DNA of 8,335 nucleotides from a virus (Duplodnaviria; Heunggongvirae; Uroviricota; Caudoviricetes): IMG/VR virus record IMGVR_UViG_2880361019_000005, positions 1 to 8,335 of that record; one strand, 5' to 3'. Shown piece by piece: positions 7,100 to 8,335 of this stretch (position 1 is its first letter; each line of letters starts with the position of its first letter). The notes under the pieces were generated by a model. It saw only the letters and a program-made list of their open reading frames with translations, ran no database searches and was not told where the DNA came from. The position numbers and the translations under genes were made by a program.

Positions 7100-8335
7100 C
7101 TACGCAAACTGTCCGTTGGAGATTAAGTCAGTACAAGTAACGATCGATTCAACCCTCTCCCACCATGCCCAGTAAGCTTTACGCTGTTCTTCTAGATAAT
7201 CGCTCTTATCATAAACTTGCCATACACCTGGCAGTTTATGACCAAGCATTATTTCAGCAATATGAGGAGCAGTAAGATCAGAAAAGTTTGTTCGTGCTGT
7301 TCGTCTCAAATCATGAAGAGACCAATGAGGAAATTGATACCCCAAACGTCGCCATGCGAACTGCATTAAATTGTAAGGCAGCGACTGCAATGATGTCCGA
7401 CCAACTGGCTCCCTGCTTCCTTCCTTAGTAAAAAGCATATCGGAACCGTTGTTCATAGAGATAACGTATTTTATAAGCTCTTCAACCGGTTCAATAATGG
7501 GCCGCTTTAGCGGTTCGCCTGTTATGTCCCCAGTCTTATGTCGTTCTGGTGGTACAGTCCATACCTTATTTATGAAATCAAAATCATCCACCCTAGCAGT
7601 AATTAGCTCTGAACTACGGCAACCAAAATGCAGCAATAGTTTAATGAAGGCTCGGTATTTAGGAACCATTCGAGAACCATCGATCGCAGCATAAAGGATG
7701 TTAATTTCATCATGTGTCAGAAACCGTTTTTTCTGACCTTTACGGATATCCATATCTTTACCCGTGATATCCGACAGTGGGCGAGTTTCAATGAGCTTTC
7801 TCTTATACGCCCAGACATGAGCCTGCTTTGCGTTAATTAGCAATCGGTCTACTATTGCTGGAGTCTTGGTGCTAAGAGGCTCTAGGACTTCTAACCAATC
7901 ATGCAATGTAGCTGCATCGTGAGGGATATTCCCGATTTTAGAGAACAGGTGCAGCTCAAACGAGCGGAGTATCTGTTCAGAACCTTTTTTATTTTTTACA
8001 CAATATGCTTCATACCAGGCACGGATCACAGACTCTACCGTCATGGCTTCAGTAGCTTTTCGTTTTTCAGCCTGCTTGACTAATCGTGGATTGCGGTTTG
8101 ACTCGAGTTCACCACGGAGACGGATAACTTCTTCTCTGGCCTCTTTTAATCCAGTTGCCGGGTAAGTTCCGATATCAAGGCGCTCACCTTTCCCTGCCCA
8201 TTGATAACGATATTGGAACACTACGCGACCTTTCGGTGATACTCTGACAGACAGACCATCACGATCGGATTTAACCAAAACCTTATCACGTTCCTTTCCA
8301 ACGACTGAACGCAACCACGCATCAGACAGCGCCAT
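7100..8335 (-). CDS. int: Site-specific tyrosine recombinase, P4-type integrase (411 aa), apparently intact
   Basis: ATG at 8335..8333 (window edge), TAG at 7102..7100. N-terminal arm-type DNA-binding domain (GLSVRVSPKGRVVFQYRYQWAGKGERLDIGTYP) and C-terminal catalytic signatures in order: R (FGCRSSEL), H-x-x-R (HDLRRT), H (LGHK), Y (WQVYDKSDY). No frameshifts or internal stops. Confidence 0.9.
   Translation of the reverse strand: MALSDAWLRSVVGKERDKVLVKSDRDGLSVRVSPKGRVVFQYRYQWAGKGERLDIGTYPATGLKEAREEVIRLRGELESNRNPRLVKQAEKRKATEAMTVESVIRAWYEAYCVKNKKGSEQILRSFELHLFSKIGNIPHDAATLHDWLEVLEPLSTKTPAIVDRLLINAKQAHVWAYKRKLIETRPLSDITGKDMDIRKGQKKRFLTHDEINILYAAIDGSRMVPKYRAFIKLLLHFGCRSSELITARVDDFDFINKVWTVPPERHKTGDITGEPLKRPIIEPVEELIKYVISMNNGSDMLFTKEGSREPVGRTSLQSLPYNLMQFAWRRLGYQFPHWSLHDLRRTARTNFSDLTAPHIAEIMLGHKLPGVWQVYDKSDYLEEQRKAYWAWWERVESIVTCTDLISNGQFA

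Noticed and set aside
7449-8083. + strand ORFs 7449..7694 and 7901..8083 inside the integrase
   Set aside because: Antisense to an intact integrase with all catalytic signatures.

Overview
Mosaic accessory region, most likely from an E. coli/Shigella-type enterobacterial chromosome (inferred from IS1 plus lambda-like tail genes). Four blocks are visible. (1) 1..651 (+): a complete AT-rich gene whose C-terminal half carries a U-box-like signature (CPITL...LYDK...HPLSRE), consistent with an NleG-family type III effector E3 ligase carried as prophage cargo. (2) 936..4745 (-): the distal tail module of a lambdoid prophage, GC-rich and clearly decaying. It holds a small ORF coupled to the tail fibre gene, a collagen-like side tail fibre (stf) with a frameshift in an A5 run, lom with a frameshift near 2698, and only the C-terminal part of J, itself frameshifted in an A7 run and cut off at its 5' end. 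Intrinsic terminators follow J, lom and the small ORF. (3) 4746..5513 (-): a full 768-bp IS1 (insA, insB, A6C frameshift site, both terminal inverted repeats) with no target-site duplication, so it marks a rearrangement junction. (4) 5514..8335: AT-rich DNA carrying a 377-aa orphan gene (5808..6941, -) immediately downstream of, and co-oriented with, an intact P4-type tyrosine integrase (7100..8335, -). The orphan gene is the best candidate for an undescribed function (defence or effector cargo of an integrase-borne islet), but I cannot assign it a fold or family from sequence alone. All calls rest on reading the sequence and recalled family signatures; no database search was run.
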